DNA of 64,000 nucleotides, taken from the NCBI GenBank assembly GCA_964187785.1, contig OZ076411.1, positions 59,148,001 to 59,212,000 on the forward strand, given 5' to 3'. The DNA is from Amphiscolops sp. MND2022. Taxonomy: Eukaryota. The stretch's first letter is position 1, and every line of letters starts with the position of its first letter. Positions 1 to 12,269 of this stretch are shown in pieces. Both the position numbers and the translations under genes were made by a program. Below the pieces are notes generated by a model. The model had not been told where the DNA came from. It did not search any database and saw only the letters and a program-made list of their open reading frames with translations.

Positions 1-1589
1 CTTGGCCTAGCGGTTAACGCGGATTTCTTGAAAATATTTTGTCTTGTACAACTTTGTTTTAAAATGTTTCTCATAGTTTCACGAGCGGGGGAGTTCACAA
101 CAAACCATTTGTCAAGCTTCGTAACTTTTCAAATTGAACTATCACATCTATTTCCGATAAAATTTGGTTCGATGAAGAAAGCGCTATATCTAAAATACTG
201 GTGATACTCCCGCCTTTTGTCTGAACACGAGTAAATCATGGGATGAATTTATCCATCTTCAAATTTGTCTCCAAATTTAATATGCAAAATTATTTTGTGA
301 CAACGTATATAACAAGAATTCCGTTTATCCAAATTATTCCGATTTATGCCATGTAAATAAGCGGGTGAATTTTTTTTAATGTTTTTGGGGCCCTATATAA
401 ATACGCGTGAACTGCTTTTTAGATCATCAGAGACTATTCCGTTCCTGTTTCATTTTCAAACTACTGTTCTGTAAGTGTCGTATTTTTTCCAAAGTCCTCT
501 GAAAATAGTATACGAGGAATATCACAGTGCCTCTTGTTTTCACCACACAAAACTCTTCACACTTAAGAAGCATGTTTGGCGAAGACTTCAAACATCTTGG
601 ACACCAAGAATCAAATCTGATTGTCCCAACTTGGAGGGGGCTGTTAACGGTCAACAAAACAAATTCTATCAGAGTTACCTCGTTAAAAGTACAATGCTCT
701 ATTTACTACCGCCACAACATCCAAAGTTTCGAAGTAAAAAAAAAACGATTGTCGAGTCAATTTTATAGTCATATGTTCGATGTCGGTGCTTTATAAAACG
801 TGACTATCATTAGTCGCTTTTCGTATGGTTTCAATTCAATCGAAATGACCAAAAAAGCTTTTTACAAAAGTTCTACAATACGCCTAAGATCTAAAGGGCC
901 AAAGAGCCCCCTTTCATTTTTGGGATTTATATTCGAATAACAAAGCTGTAAGTGGTTTCTTGGGCACTGTATAAATTTTCCTATCTACTTGCAAAAATTA
1001 AATTAAGCTATCATTCCATCTTGAAATGATACAGATCTTCAAGTGAAACAGACAATAGTTTGAAGGAAAACCTTTTCAGTAAATTAGGATATTGAAATTA
1101 ACTATTTAGCCATTAGCGATGTCAGTACTCTGATGAAAATAGACGCAAATCGTAGGTCATTATTGACATGAAGTTTGTATTCCATGCATGCTTAAAATGA
1201 TTAAGATCATTTCTAAAATAGTCTATGTGGAGAAATAAAACGATCATTTTCTACAAAAATCAACAAATTTTACACTTTCTTCAAGATGTTTTTATTTTCA
1301 ATTCACAGTTGTACTTCAAGTTCTGTTTCAAAAGGTTCTGAATTTTGTACGCCGAAAATGATAAACTGGCCGAAAACAGAGAATCCGCGTCATTGTGAAT
1401 GTTTTTTGTGAATCTCAAATGATATTTTTGATAATTGAGTGAAAATATCAAAAATTTTACAATCCTTCTAGATTTGTGAAAAAATGGTTTAGCAGGAAAA
1501 TTTTTATTAAACTATGAAAAACAATGAGTTAGAAAGTGATAGCTTGTGTACAAACAATAGCAAGTAGAAATAATAGGAAAGAAACTTCG

Positions 1590-2396
1590 TTAAATTTCTT
1601 CAGGGGAATGTTTCAAAGCCTTATTTTTTCCGAGTAAATTTTTTGGTACAGGTTCCTTAACATTAGTTTCTTTCTCAATAGATTTTTCTCCCCTATTAGC
1701 ACCATCATCTTTGTTCTCGTTATTCCGAACTTTTTGGCCATGTGATACAACTTGATCAATTTTTTCATCTTTCGCTCGAACACTGGAGTCCGAATTAACA
1801 GGTTGTTCATGCTCTTCAACCTTTTGCTCCCGAACGCCTTTTGCCTTATCTGAATTGCCGTCAAATTTCATATTCGTCTCTTCTATCTTTGCATTTGGAT
1901 CGGAAAGGGTTTCTTGGTTGTTAAACCTTTTGTTCTTGATTTGTTCTGAACTTGGTTCAGGTTTCATCTCGTTTTGGAATTGATCTGGCTTTTCGGAACC
2001 CTCTTTTACGGCGACATTAAGAATACTGGGATCGTTCGAATGTAGAGATTCGTCACCGTTTTTAGAATCTTGTCGAGGAAGGGAATTTTCTAGATATTTT
2101 TCAGCGTCATCTGAATTAGTCTGCGAACCCTGTGTTTCAGTTTTTTCAATTGCAGCATCATCATCTTTTAAGCTATTCGAATCACTTGATTTGATATTTT
2201 CTTCGACAGCTTTTGTTTCTAGGGGAACATCTGCAATGTTATCAGCAACTTTGGTTTCCAAATCTGTCAATGGAACTTCTTTTTGTGCAGGTTGGTTGTT
2301 ATTTTCCGCATCTTTAGAAGCCGCGGCTTCTTTAAGCTGTTGTTGTTCTCTTTCTCTGCGTTGTCTAGCTTCCATAACATGGTTGTCATGTTCTTT
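1590..2396 (-). CDS. Probable terminal exon of an unidentified host gene (charged, low-complexity; coiled-coil-like start KEHDNHVMEARQRREREQQQ)
   Basis: 261-aa ORF extends upstream in frame to an acceptor (ctgtgtgtttag|AAAGAACAT, exon start 2396). Stop at 1590. No recognisable domain. Confidence 0.55.
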   Translation of the reverse strand, partial: KEHDNHVMEARQRREREQQQLKEAAASKDAENNNQPAQKEVPLTDLETKVADNIADVPLETKAVEENIKSSDSNSLKDDDAAIEKTETQGSQTNSDDAEKYLENSLPRQDSKNGDESLHSNDPSILNVAVKEGSEKPDQFQNEMKPEPSSEQIKNKRFNNQETLSDPNAKIEETNMKFDGNSDKAKGVREQKVEEHEQPVNSDSSVRAKDEKIDQVVSHGQKVRNNENKDDGANRGEKSIEKETNVKEPVPKNLLGKNKALKHSPEEI

Positions 2397-4080
2397 CTAA
2401 ACACACAGAAAATGGGTATTCGCTTCTCAGATTTACGAAAACACCATGAAAAACAGGGATTTTGTTTATTATGACTCATTAGGATATTAGTAAGTCTTCA
2501 AAGTGGCTATTTCACTCAAGTACCACTAAACTTGTCAAAGATTTGTCAGCCACGCAACTTCTAACCAAGAAACCGCCGACTTTTGCTTTGATATCTCAAA
2601 AGAGGACAGCCCTCTACATGTACTTTATACCCCCGTGTTGCCACTGTTTTCACGAAGCTGATTCAGTTTAGGTTAAAAGAAACCTTAAAGCTGCCGTAGC
2701 GCAAGACAAGCGCGGCGAACTTCGCAAGCACATCAAAGAATATCAAATGGCGATCTGGCTCAATGGTCACATGAAAGCAATTTGAGTTTTTGAAGATTGC
2801 TCTCAAAATTATCAATGAATTAGCTAGCCCTTTTATGGCGCGATAATTCAACCGAACATTACAATGTTAAATTCTTCGGACTTATTGATAATTCACATGA
2901 GAAATTATGAAATTGTAGAACCATGAAAATTTCAAAAGCAGACATTCAATGATTCACGCTACTTTAAATTCGCTGGAGGATGAAGACTGAATTCGTCCAC
3001 AAGGCAAATTAATTGAATTTTCAAGCAAATCTTTATCTATTGAGTCCATTGAATCGGATTAAATACAAGTTTTGACTTCCCAATAGACAAAGGTTTCACT
3101 ATACAATGCGTTTTTTGTGTTTCAATAGCAGATGTTTTCTTTAATAAGCGAATGATTTGATTTCCCTGGTGCCATTATTTGTTTGACATTTTGGAGAGTA
3201 ATGTTTTTGTAAGACCGACCGACCGACCGACCATATGTTTGTTGATGAGAAAATCCCGTCCCCCTGTGTCCAAATTCTCCAGTGCCGAGTATTTGCTCTT
3301 ATGATGCTTCGGGTTCATCAGCGAATCCGGGTTGATCTTCGACACAATGATGAACTGAAAAGAACTTTTCACTAGAATTATTCCCTTACTCGACAACCTC
3401 AAAAAATGTCAATAAACATGTAATTTCTTTGCACAATTGGACGCACTAGAGGCCCAAAAAGTCCATTAAGACACTGATAAACGCTAACCAAAAGTTTCAA
3501 AGTGCAGCAATTCCTCAGAATGCTATAGGCAAAAAAGTCGAGAAAAAGGCGTCATTTTCCGCCATATTCTAGCGGACAACTTTTCCAAATTTGTCCTAAG
3601 TCTAATTTTATACCCAAAACAGCTTTCTTTCACAGCATTGAATGACGAAAAAATAAGGTACTTAGAACACGTAGTTAATAAAATGACTGAACTTTTTAAA
3701 AAGCCCATAATAGAACGTGCCAAAAAGATGAATTTGACTTAATTTTTGGAATTAAATTTTGGAGTTTTTGGCGATTTTTTTATTTTTTGCCCTTTCCAGC
3801 AGTTTGCGAACAACTGTTCTCTCGCGCATCAATTTTGACCCAGAGCCGCAGAAACAGAGAATCGATGAAAAATGTTTAACAACGGTTAACGATTATGTAA
3901 CTCAATCTTATTGATTCCTACATATACATGTTTGAACAATGTTTAAATTTATCATAAATGTTTATTGTTGTTCAAACTTTTCAAATAGTTTTTTGTTTGA
4001 ATGAAATACTGTAGGCGGAAGATATTACAATGCTTCGCGGGCGGTTTGTTCCAAATTTTTCACCAGAATATTAGTATCTT

Positions 4081-4464
4081 TTAAATTTTTAAGTTTGACG
4101 CTGTTCTGCTACTAATTACCCACGCCTTTTGGGTAAAGCCTTCGAAAGTCTTGGTAGTAAAATTTCTTCTGCAAGATGCTAGAAAAATCTCTGATGCTGA
4201 AACCAAGCAAGCACACAAATATTTTTCACTTGCTGTTGTGCAGGCGGCAGTCATTACCTGGGCAGTGAAGAAGAGAAAACCGATCAGAAGCAGCAGCAAG
4301 AGGTTAGAACTGAATCTGTTAGAGGCCCCTCCGTAGCGGTCGTAGTAGTGGTAGTGATTCATGCTCAGTGTGTAGCCACTACTGCCGCCAGCAGTGGAAA
4401 AACCCCTTCTGCCCCCCGCTCCTCCCAGAGAGGATCCAGTGCCCCACTTCTTGTTGCTGTACAT
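4081..4464 (-). CDS. Small Gly-rich protein or first coding exon with one transmembrane-like segment (NLLLLLLIGFLFFTAQ)
   Basis: ATG at 4464 with an in-frame TAG 12 nt upstream. Acceptor tttacaatttcag near 4536. Possible donor CAG|gtaatg right after the hydrophobic stretch. Confidence 0.4.
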   Translation of the reverse strand: MYSNKKWGTGSSLGGAGGRRGFSTAGGSSGYTLSMNHYHYYDRYGGASNRFSSNLLLLLLIGFLFFTAQVMTAACTTASEKYLCACLVSASEIFLASCRRNFTTKTFEGFTQKAWVISSRTASNLKI

Positions 4465-4755
4465 CTCTCTACTCTACACTCCAACCACTTGAGTCATTTC
4501 CCGGGTTATTCATTCACACCCATTCGATTCGAAATCTGAAATTGTAAAACAAACATAGTTCCACAAAACATTTAGCTTCAAAAGCAAAAGTGCTATGATA
4601 CTTCATAGATGTACGCAAAATTTCCGAAAACTTCATTGGAACAAACTACTGGGCGTTTCAGCAAAAGTGATATTTCAAATCCTATTTGTCTCAAATTCAG
4701 AGCAGGTAGAAAAGTGAAAGTTTCACTAGTTGCAACCACTAGTGAAAGTTTCATA

Positions 4756-4879
4756 TTGAGCAAATGTTGAATAGAAACAAATTCCAATACATTTGTCCGC
4801 AACTCATCTGTTGGTAGCTACCAAGAGATGCGTTGCGGACAAATATATTGGAATTTGTTTCTATTCAACATTTGCTCAA
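4756..4879. repeat. 124-bp near-perfect palindrome with no loop
   Basis: ttgagcaaatgttgaatagaaac...ttggtagctaccaa...gtttctattcaacatttgctcaa; symmetric about 4817/4818 with 3 mismatched pairs. Confidence 0.95.
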
Positions 4880-5756
4880 AATGACCACCATCTTGATCAT
4901 GGCGTGAAAAAATTTTATTCTGAAAAGCATTATTGAAGTTTCAAAATTTGAAAAACATGCCCATACTTCTACACTATTATGAACGTGGTGAGCGAGGAAA
5001 ATTGAGCCCTTAAATTGAGTACTTCTCAAAACATTCCAGTATGTGTAGCGGCAGTTGAACTTGAAAGCGAAATGTTAATTTTTTCTTTTTTGCCTGAAAA
5101 TTTCATTTCGCTTTGTCAAGTTTTGGTAACAGCGAAGTGGAAAATTTTAGGCATTTCGGTTTCTCAGTGATGGTCGTATTTCTGAGAAATATTTGTGGAC
5201 TGAGAAAATTGTCCAATTATTGGGCATCTGTACAAAAAATTAGATTGAAAAGTAGTTGGGAAAATTTTTGATATCCATTATACTGTTCATCTAACGACAA
5301 ACAAACACTGCGAACAACTGACAGAAGAAACTATACAAAAAGGCTTTCGTATACTTTCATATGAATAAGAAATTTCATATTAAAATGTACGACTTTTCAG
5401 GGAGAATCAATGATTGAGAAAAGACTAGTGAGAAAAGAAAATAATTTAAAACTTGATTGCTAAGAAATCTATTATTTGAACACATATTTGGTTAGTGAAT
5501 ATTCAAGTACTAAAACTACACTGTATTTCGTCCATATGCATTCGGTTGAGGCAACATCAAGCGAATAAAACTTCAACTGCTGGAGCATTCGATGGGAGGC
5601 TAGTTCTTTCCTCGGTTGTCTACTTGTGCAATTGAGGGTCTTTGTCGAATAGCTTCGGTAATTAAATACAGTTAAAAAATTAGAAAACGGCATTCAAAAA
5701 ATATTGAAAAATAAGGGGTGCTACAGAAGCTTCACTCTGTCGGGAGGTGGATCTAG

Positions 5757-7712
5757 CTACCCTGAAAAAATGGGAATCATTCTGGAAACGACTTGGCGAC
5801 AAATAGGACAGAGCTGGAGAGAGGACGCACAATTTTGGCAAAAGGTGTGTCCGCATAAAAACACAACGTTTTTTGGTCTCTCGATGCAAATTTGACACAG
5901 AGCAGCATCTTCGAGTTGCTCCAGTTTGCTCCGCAGCTGAGCCAGCTCTTCATTTGAGGCCCCAAACGGATCTCTAGAAGACCCAGGAGCCCCGTCTAAC
6001 AAAGCGGCCCCGGTTGAAGATGAAGCAACGGCCAATGCAGCCGTGGAAGCATCGTTTCCTTGCAAGTCCGTTTTGCCAGTGATCACAATTTGGCATTTGA
6101 TGCACTTCTTGATTCTCGGAGCGCAACCGAGACAGACCTCGTTATGATTGCAGGGCATGAAACGAACATTGGCTTCGAATTCATCGCAGAGCACACAGAT
6201 TTTCTGGATTGTGATTGTTATTTTCTTGTGAGATTCAACTGCCTCTTTGCAGATGTAGCAACGTTTGAAGAAATCGACACATTCCTCGCATGAGATGACA
6301 TGGTCACAAGGTTTGAACTGACAGTTGGCTGGTTTGTTGCACATTCTACATTCGGCCGAAGAGTAAGAAACGCCGTTTGAGTTCTCTCTGATAAAGTTCT
6401 CAATAATATTAACGAGTGATTGCTCTTTGCATATTTGTAGAGGTGTTTGATTGGCTTTGTTTTTGATACCCTTGTACTTGACACCCTTGCTGATTAAATA
6501 ACAAGCCACCAAGGCATCCCGACTGGTCTCGGAATCAGTACAGACACCTTGTAAAAGCTTGGCCACTTCATCGAAATCGCCTGTCACTTCTTCTACTGTG
6601 TATGATGTAAGTTTCACAACATTTGGCATGGGCTGGAACAAGTGGACGAGACAGTTGTTGCACTCTATGTCCACGTGTGATAGATTAATACCGGCAGATA
6701 CGAGTTTTGATATAACCCTCAAGTTGCAGCTAGCCACGGCTACCATCAAAGCATTCACTCGACGCTTGGATGTCAAATTCACATTGGCCCCACTGTCTAG
6801 AAGAATGTTGACGATCTCTTCTTGGTTGCTGAGCACGGCCAAGTAGAGTGGACTGAACTCGCTGTTTTTGTCGACCATGTTGATTAGGTCGGGACACACT
6901 TCAAGAAGTTTAAGCACAACTTCAGAATTTCCTCTTGAGCATGCTTGATGCAAGTATGTAACATCTTTCAAAGTCTTCAGCTTGTAATCAACACGCCCAG
7001 TTTGAATCAGAGCTAAAGCGACTTCATTTTTACCGTGTGTGATGCAACAGAAAAGAGCCGTTTCTCCATTTCCATCGGTTAGATTCACATCGCAACCTTT
7101 GGCCAGCAACAGGTCAACTTTCTCCATACTGCCCATTGAAGCAGCGATGATCAAGGGACTTTTACCCCTGGTATTTTGTCGATTGACATCACAAGCTTTG
7201 GACTGACACTGGAGTAAAATTTGTGATATTTCCACGTTTTCGTTAGTCATAGCCAAATGAAGTGGCGTGTTACCCTCAATGTCCACACTGTCAACATTCA
7301 CCTCGTCAAGTTGAAGCAAGTAGGATAAAATGTGGGAATCGTTCAAGGTGGCTGCTAGGTGGATGGGCTGTTTGAAATCTTGTTGCAATGCACACGCAAT
7401 TGCATGATTTTCATCCACCAAGTCTTTCACCGCCTGTAGATCGTTTTTATTGATTGCCTGGAATATTTCCTCACAACCAGCAGAGGGCAGATGGAAGGAC
7501 GGTTCGATGGCCCGATCTCCGTAAGCACCAGAGGGTCCAGGCCCAGGACAGTAAGGAATGACACCCGGTCTAGTGAGTGAGGGAAGGAGACAGTTCACAT
7601 GTAGAATGAATCTTCTGCTTCTGATCCCAACCTCAAAGGTACCGTCAGGCCTCACTGCATTCACTACTCCAGATAAACCAGCAATTGAAGCCGCTTCCTC
7701 TCTGTCAGAAAC
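5757..7712 (-). CDS. mib2: Mind bomb exon 5 (degenerate second MIB repeat, ankyrin repeats, three RING fingers)
   Basis: Acceptor tttgtag|GTT in frame with the 635-aa ORF. Ankyrin motifs GNTPLHLA, GKSPLIIAA, GETALF, SPLYLA. RINGs begin CRMC, CVLC, CQIC. The five exons sum to 3000 nt (999 aa + stop). Confidence 0.95.
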   Translation of the reverse strand, partial: VSDREEAASIAGLSGVVNAVRPDGTFEVGIRSRRFILHVNCLLPSLTRPGVIPYCPGPGPSGAYGDRAIEPSFHLPSAGCEEIFQAINKNDLQAVKDLVDENHAIACALQQDFKQPIHLAATLNDSHILSYLLQLDEVNVDSVDIEGNTPLHLAMTNENVEISQILLQCQSKACDVNRQNTRGKSPLIIAASMGSMEKVDLLLAKGCDVNLTDGNGETALFCCITHGKNEVALALIQTGRVDYKLKTLKDVTYLHQACSRGNSEVVLKLLEVCPDLINMVDKNSEFSPLYLAVLSNQEEIVNILLDSGANVNLTSKRRVNALMVAVASCNLRVISKLVSAGINLSHVDIECNNCLVHLFQPMPNVVKLTSYTVEEVTGDFDEVAKLLQGVCTDSETSRDALVACYLISKGVKYKGIKNKANQTPLQICKEQSLVNIIENFIRENSNGVSYSSAECRMCNKPANCQFKPCDHVISCEECVDFFKRCYICKEAVESHKKITITIQKICVLCDEFEANVRFMPCNHNEVCLGCAPRIKKCIKCQIVITGKTDLQGNDASTAALAVASSSTGAALLDGAPGSSRDPFGASNEELAQLRSKLEQLEDAALCQICIERPKNVVFLCGHTFCQNCASSLQLCPICRQVVSRMIPIFSG

Positions 7713-7788
7713 CTACAAATCGCAAGATACTTTATTGGTAGCCATAAGAATTCGAAGACAGCAAGACTTTTCTTATGACCTATATTTT

Positions 7789-8200
7789 TTAGTCGGCGTA
7801 TTTTAAAAGAAATGTTTGAAAAAACCAGACTATTGCAATGACTAGTTTTTTTCCGTCAGACCAGAGAATATATGCGTTGCGTCCGCTTTTTTGATAGAGT
7901 TTGTTCACATCGCCAGTAGCTAGTATGCAAGCTTCTAAGCAGACAACCGTCGGTTCGATGCATGCCTAGGACTAAATATCTTTGTTTGCAAACCTTGGCG
8001 AGTCAAAGGGGGTCCCTTTTTGGCACTGCGTTTTTAAAAAAATCGTTAATTTGGGTATTTTTTGAGGTTTTCATTTAGAGAAAAGTGCATTTCGAGGTCA
8101 CAGTTCGCCCCTTCGGATATTTTTTACACTCAAATTTGCCAAAAACCATCCTGGGCATTTCTATGACTTCCTCTATAAGACTACTTACAAACAGTAAGTA
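7789..8200 (+). mobile_element. Helentron/HINE-like element, 3'-degenerate copy in mib2 intron 4
   Basis: 5' terminus ttAGTCGGCG followed by gactat; tRNA-like GGTTCGAT segment near 7950; family core ggggtccctttttggcactgcg. Right end is approximate. Confidence 0.55.
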
Positions 8201-8227
8201 TTGTTCGAGAAAATGAAAGCCACTAAC

Positions 8228-8473
8228 CTGTTCAGTAAGATGTGCAACATTTTTGGTAACCACCACGCTATCGCCCGCTTGGAACAGGGGCACTTTAGTG
8301 AGAGCAGCTTGGTGGAAAGTCCACTTCACTCCGTTGTCGTAAATGACCCTGACGTCTCCCTTCTCGGTGATTCTGTGCACGCAGCCCACTCGGTCGATGA
8401 CGTCAATCATCTTGGGATTCCATCCTCCATGGCCCTCTTGCATGGCTTTGAGCAACTCCAATTCCAAGCTCAC
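8228..8473 (-). CDS. mib2: Mind bomb exon 4 (MIB repeat / SH3-like)
   Basis: Acceptor ttttag|GTG; MQEGHGGWNPKM...VHRITEKGDVRV; donor CAG|gttagt; 246 nt. Confidence 0.93.
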
Positions 8474-8707
8474 CTAAAAGTTAATTGCAATTTGATTTGC
8501 TAACTACACAACATCTCTCTTTAATCAGTTCAATATGTTTTTCAAAATCCTTAGGAAAATGTTTGATTCAACATGAATAAACAGAAAAATTTTCGTTACA
8601 AGAGGCCCGCTAAGCACAAGGATACTTTCTGCCCGAAAAAAAAAGTTGTACAAAACACTCATCAATTGAAGTAACAATTTTGCACGTTTTTTGGATTGTT
8701 CGGAAAG

Positions 8708-10000
8708 TTAATCGACGCTTTCGTTGAAAGATCAGACTATAGTAGTGACTTTTTAGACCAACGAACTGACAGATTTTATAAGCTGTTGCTAACTTGTAAA
8801 TCCTACCAATCCGTTTAGGAGGAACCCAGCAGTTACGGGTTCGAGTCCTTGCTTCAGCCAGAAACTTTTTCGTGCATTTGCAAAACCGGAGAAAACTAAA
8901 GGGTCCTTTTTGATTTTTTTTTCAGCTTTGTGAGACTTTTTCGAAATTTTTCAATGTCTCCAAAGGCTTCCCTTCAATTTTTTGATATTTTGCAACGAAT
9001 AGGATTTTCAAAAAGCCCAAAGGGTCCCCCTTTTACAACTTTTGGCATTGTGAGATTTTTCAAAATGATTAGTTTTTGTCTTAAAATTACGTTGTCTCAG
9101 TACGCTATATCCAATTTTTTAGGACCGGCGTTTTTTCCATGTGACTTTCAATTTGCTTTTTCAAAGCCCCGCTCAATGTTTATTGAAAACATAACGTTTT
9201 GCGAGCATACAGGACTCTTCATGGTTTTCGGCACTATGCGACTTACCGGAGACCTTCAAAAAATTTCAAAACTTCGAAAAAACTCCTGTTTCTTGTTTTT
9301 TGAAAGTCTCCAGTTGGGGCAAATGTGGTTTTCGAAGCTTATGCGTATCCCTCGGGGTATTTTTGGCACAGTAACGTTGAGGAAATTTCAACAAAAGTGT
9401 CCTTTTGCATATTCAAAATAGGCCCCTGCGGAGCACATTATTTCTGATTTTAGGCTTTCGTGTTCAATAATGGAAGCATATCTTAATCGCCTTTACTTCT
9501 TCTCGGACTAAAGAAAATGTAACTACTAAGCGTAAACGAAATTTCGCATTGGCATTTGAATGCAGGCGAAGCTCTCGGCGAACGAATTATTAACACTCAA
9601 TAATTATTCTCAATAACTCGGATAACGAAAGCATAATTTTGATCATTTCCTCACTTCATTTCAATGAATTAGGCGTACGAATGCATAATTACCACTCGCT
9701 CATTTCATCGCAATTGTTGTCGGCAGCTTGAGAAATTTACTTCATTTCACTTAATTAGGCGTACGAATGCATAATTACCACTCGCTCGTTTCATCGCAAT
9801 TGTTGTCGGCAGCTTGAGAATCTCACGCTTATACTCACTGCCGAACAAAATTTCTGAATTTTTCAGTATCGCGACAAGAATTGTACTGAACAAAAAAAGT
9901 AGACATCTTGAGGTTTCATAATATTCCTGCTATCGCAGAAATAATAAAAATACTTTTTTCAACCTTGAGCGGGCGCCAACTTGGGCCGTCCCCGGCTTGC
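8708..10000 (+). mobile_element. Helentron/HINE-like non-autonomous element in mib2 intron 3
   Basis: Degenerate 5' subTIR ttaatcgacg, then gactatagt; tRNA-like B box ggttcgagtcc near 8838; family core; 3' end cgccaact-tgg-GCCG tccc CGGC-ttg. Confidence 0.7.
9653..9820. repeat. Tandem duplication with an ~86-bp unit
   Basis: aattaggcgtacgaatgcataattaccactcgctc...gtcggcagcttgagaa at 9667 and again at 9753. Confidence 0.9.
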
Positions 10001-10299
10001 TTTTCTTAAATATACAGTAGACTATCAATAGTTTATACACAATTTCTTAATAGCACACAAGACGCAATGTTTAAAGTTGATTCTGACAATGCTTTCGGTC
10101 ATTGATTTTCGAAATTTTCTTAGCCATTTGCGATGCTCTTTAGGGAGCCGAATATTACCGAATGGAAAACATACCGAATATTACCGAAATGGATACCAAG
10201 GATGACTACAAAAAAGACTATTTATACAAATGGAAGTATGAAATGGCAACTTGATATCTCGATAGCTAAGGATGAAGTTTTTCGGGTGACATTTTCAAA

Positions 10300-11130
10300 A
10301 CAGCGAAGAATTCAAAATATGTTTTGAACACAGAGGCGAAGCCGTGCTTCGCAAACACTTGCGAACTTTTGAAGAAAACCAAATAAGCAATATCATAAGG
10401 AGAACCAAGGGTGAAAGGACATTAAAATTTTATCAATTTTACAATATACAGCGCCAAAAAATACCCGAAAGGATACGCATGTCTCGAAGACCATTCTTGC
10501 CCAACTGAAAACAGCAAAAAAACCCATCTTTCTCAACGAAAAACCTTTAAAAAACAGAAAATTGAGAACAAAAAATTTCGAAATTTTATCGAAAATATTT
10601 TTGATGGTCTCCGGTAAGTCGCATAGTGCCGAAAACCGCATTCGTCCTGTTGCAAGATGTCAAACAAAGAGAAGGGTGGACCCTTTGTAGACATTAAAAA
10701 TTTTTGAAAAAAATAAGAAGGGAATCTTTAAAATTTTCGAAAAAAAACACTGAGAACTTTGAACAGTCTCATAGTGCCGAAAATTCTGAAAAAGGGACCC
10801 TTTGGGATTTTCAACATTCGTTCTGTTACAAAATATCAAAAAAAATTGAAAGGAGGACTCTTTGTGGACATTTAAAAAATTTCGAAAAAAAGTCTCAAAG
10901 CCGAAAAGTCTCATAGTGCCGAAAAAAGTGAGAACCTTCTGCCTCGGAATACTTGTAAAAAAAACAAGCGCATACCCACGGGTTCGAACACGAAACCTCT
11001 TGGTTTAAAAGCAAGCATCTTACCACGAACGCGTGAAATGTGCGACTTGCCGCGCGGAAAAAAAGCACCCGCACTTTCCCATAACACTTGCTTATCGCAA
11101 GTGTAACCAAGAATAGTTGTTCGTGAGGCC
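10300..11130 (-). mobile_element. Inverted copy of the same repeat family with a tRNA-Lys-like segment
   Basis: Reverse-complement core (tcgcatagtgccgaaaa, aagggaccctttgggattt). Minus strand 10965-11040 reads gcttgcTTTTAAaccaagaggtttcgtgttcgaacccg. Ends approximate. Confidence 0.55.
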
Positions 11131-11237
11131 TCTTTCTGGTACCTTCCCCTATATAAGATGCGAAACTATGATACGTCGATAAATTCTATGAAAAGAGCTC
11201 CATCGACCGAGTTTAAAATTTCACCGTCATATCTTAC

Positions 11238-11492
11238 CTTCACTCTCTCACCAAGAACGAATGTGAGAGGACTTGTGTTCGATGCCAAACTAGACAGAGG
11301 CGGCGTCAACGGCATGTTACTGAGATCAACAACCGGAAGATGCTCGGGATAATAGTTTCCGCCTTTGCTCGACTTCACATATTTAAGATCTACTTTTCCT
11401 TTGTGTCCAATTCTGTATACATTGCTGGTTCCATTTGGCCACATCACGTTTGCCACTGAGCGATAAGTTTCATCCTCCCACCCTCTGATTTC
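11238..11492 (-). CDS. mib2: Mind bomb exon 3
   Basis: Acceptor cacag|GAA; EIRGWEDETYRSVANVMWPNGTSNVYRIGHKGKVDLKYV (MIB2-type); donor AAG|gtaaga; 255 nt. Confidence 0.93.
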
Positions 11493-11602
11493 CTGTGAAT
11501 GACACAATTCTGCTTAGAGACATGGCTATTTAGAACTAATTCATCAGGAATATGATATGTAATAAAACCGATATAGTCACATTCAAATAAAAAGTATCTC
11601 AC

Positions 11603-12073
11603 TTGAACTTTTCCTTGCTGACCATCGCCCCCGTCTTGGTCTCCCCAATCCCAATCTGGTCCACGTACGACTTTAGCTCCGGCAAAAATACCCTTTGCTG
11701 TTGCTCTTCCACATGCAAGTCTGCAAGAACAAGGGATTCCACTGCTCTGCGGGTGGTCAAACCGGAAAAACTGATGTTTGGTGTCATGACAATCCATGAA
11801 GTAACACCTGGAGCACAAATCTACTAAGCAGCGCGTGCATCTCCACTTGAAACCTTTGATATCTCTGGTTTCACATGCACAGCACAAGGAGCCACAGTGC
11901 TCTACGCCAACTGGTGCATTGTCGAAAATTCTCAAATCAAAAGCGTGATGATAGCCCACACGGTAGTTTGTCTTCAAGCCATGATCCCAGAATACAACAA
12001 CAGTTCTTTCCGGTGACATCTGGCCGGGACTACCGACTTCAACAATTGTTCCCACGTGACCTTCCCCTTCGTC
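11603..12073 (-). CDS. mib2: Mind bomb exon 2 (MIB/HERC2 1, ZZ zinc finger, start of MIB/HERC2 2)
   Basis: Acceptor tttctag|GAC; RTVVVFWDHGLKTNYRVGY; ZZ finger CCACETRDIKGFKWRCTRCLVDLCSRC; donor CAA|gtgaga; 471 nt. Confidence 0.93.
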
Positions 12074-12269
12074 CTAGAAATGATAGAAACTCCGTTGTAA
12101 TAATTACAAATAGAAATACACGAAATTCTCTTGAATTTACAGATAGCTTATGTATTGAAAGCATATACCTGCATTCAAAAACCATATACCTTCAAAAACA
12201 TTTTTCGCGCTTCATTATTAGTTGGCCTTAGGTTATTATTAGTTGTAGTTCATTAGAAACATACATCCA

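Noticed and set aside
427-796. Overlapping short ORFs at the window start
   Set aside because: No domain signal, no convincing splice sites, AT-rich context.
2663-3723. Several 60-75 aa minus-strand ORFs as exons or a decayed transposase
   Set aside because: No consistent splice phases or recognisable motif could be established.
8815-8870. tRNA-like segments (also about 7930-7970, 10965-11040, 52443-52514, 58665-58720, 61300-61365) as functional tRNA genes
   Set aside because: B boxes are present but acceptor and anticodon stems do not pair properly, and most lie inside repeats.
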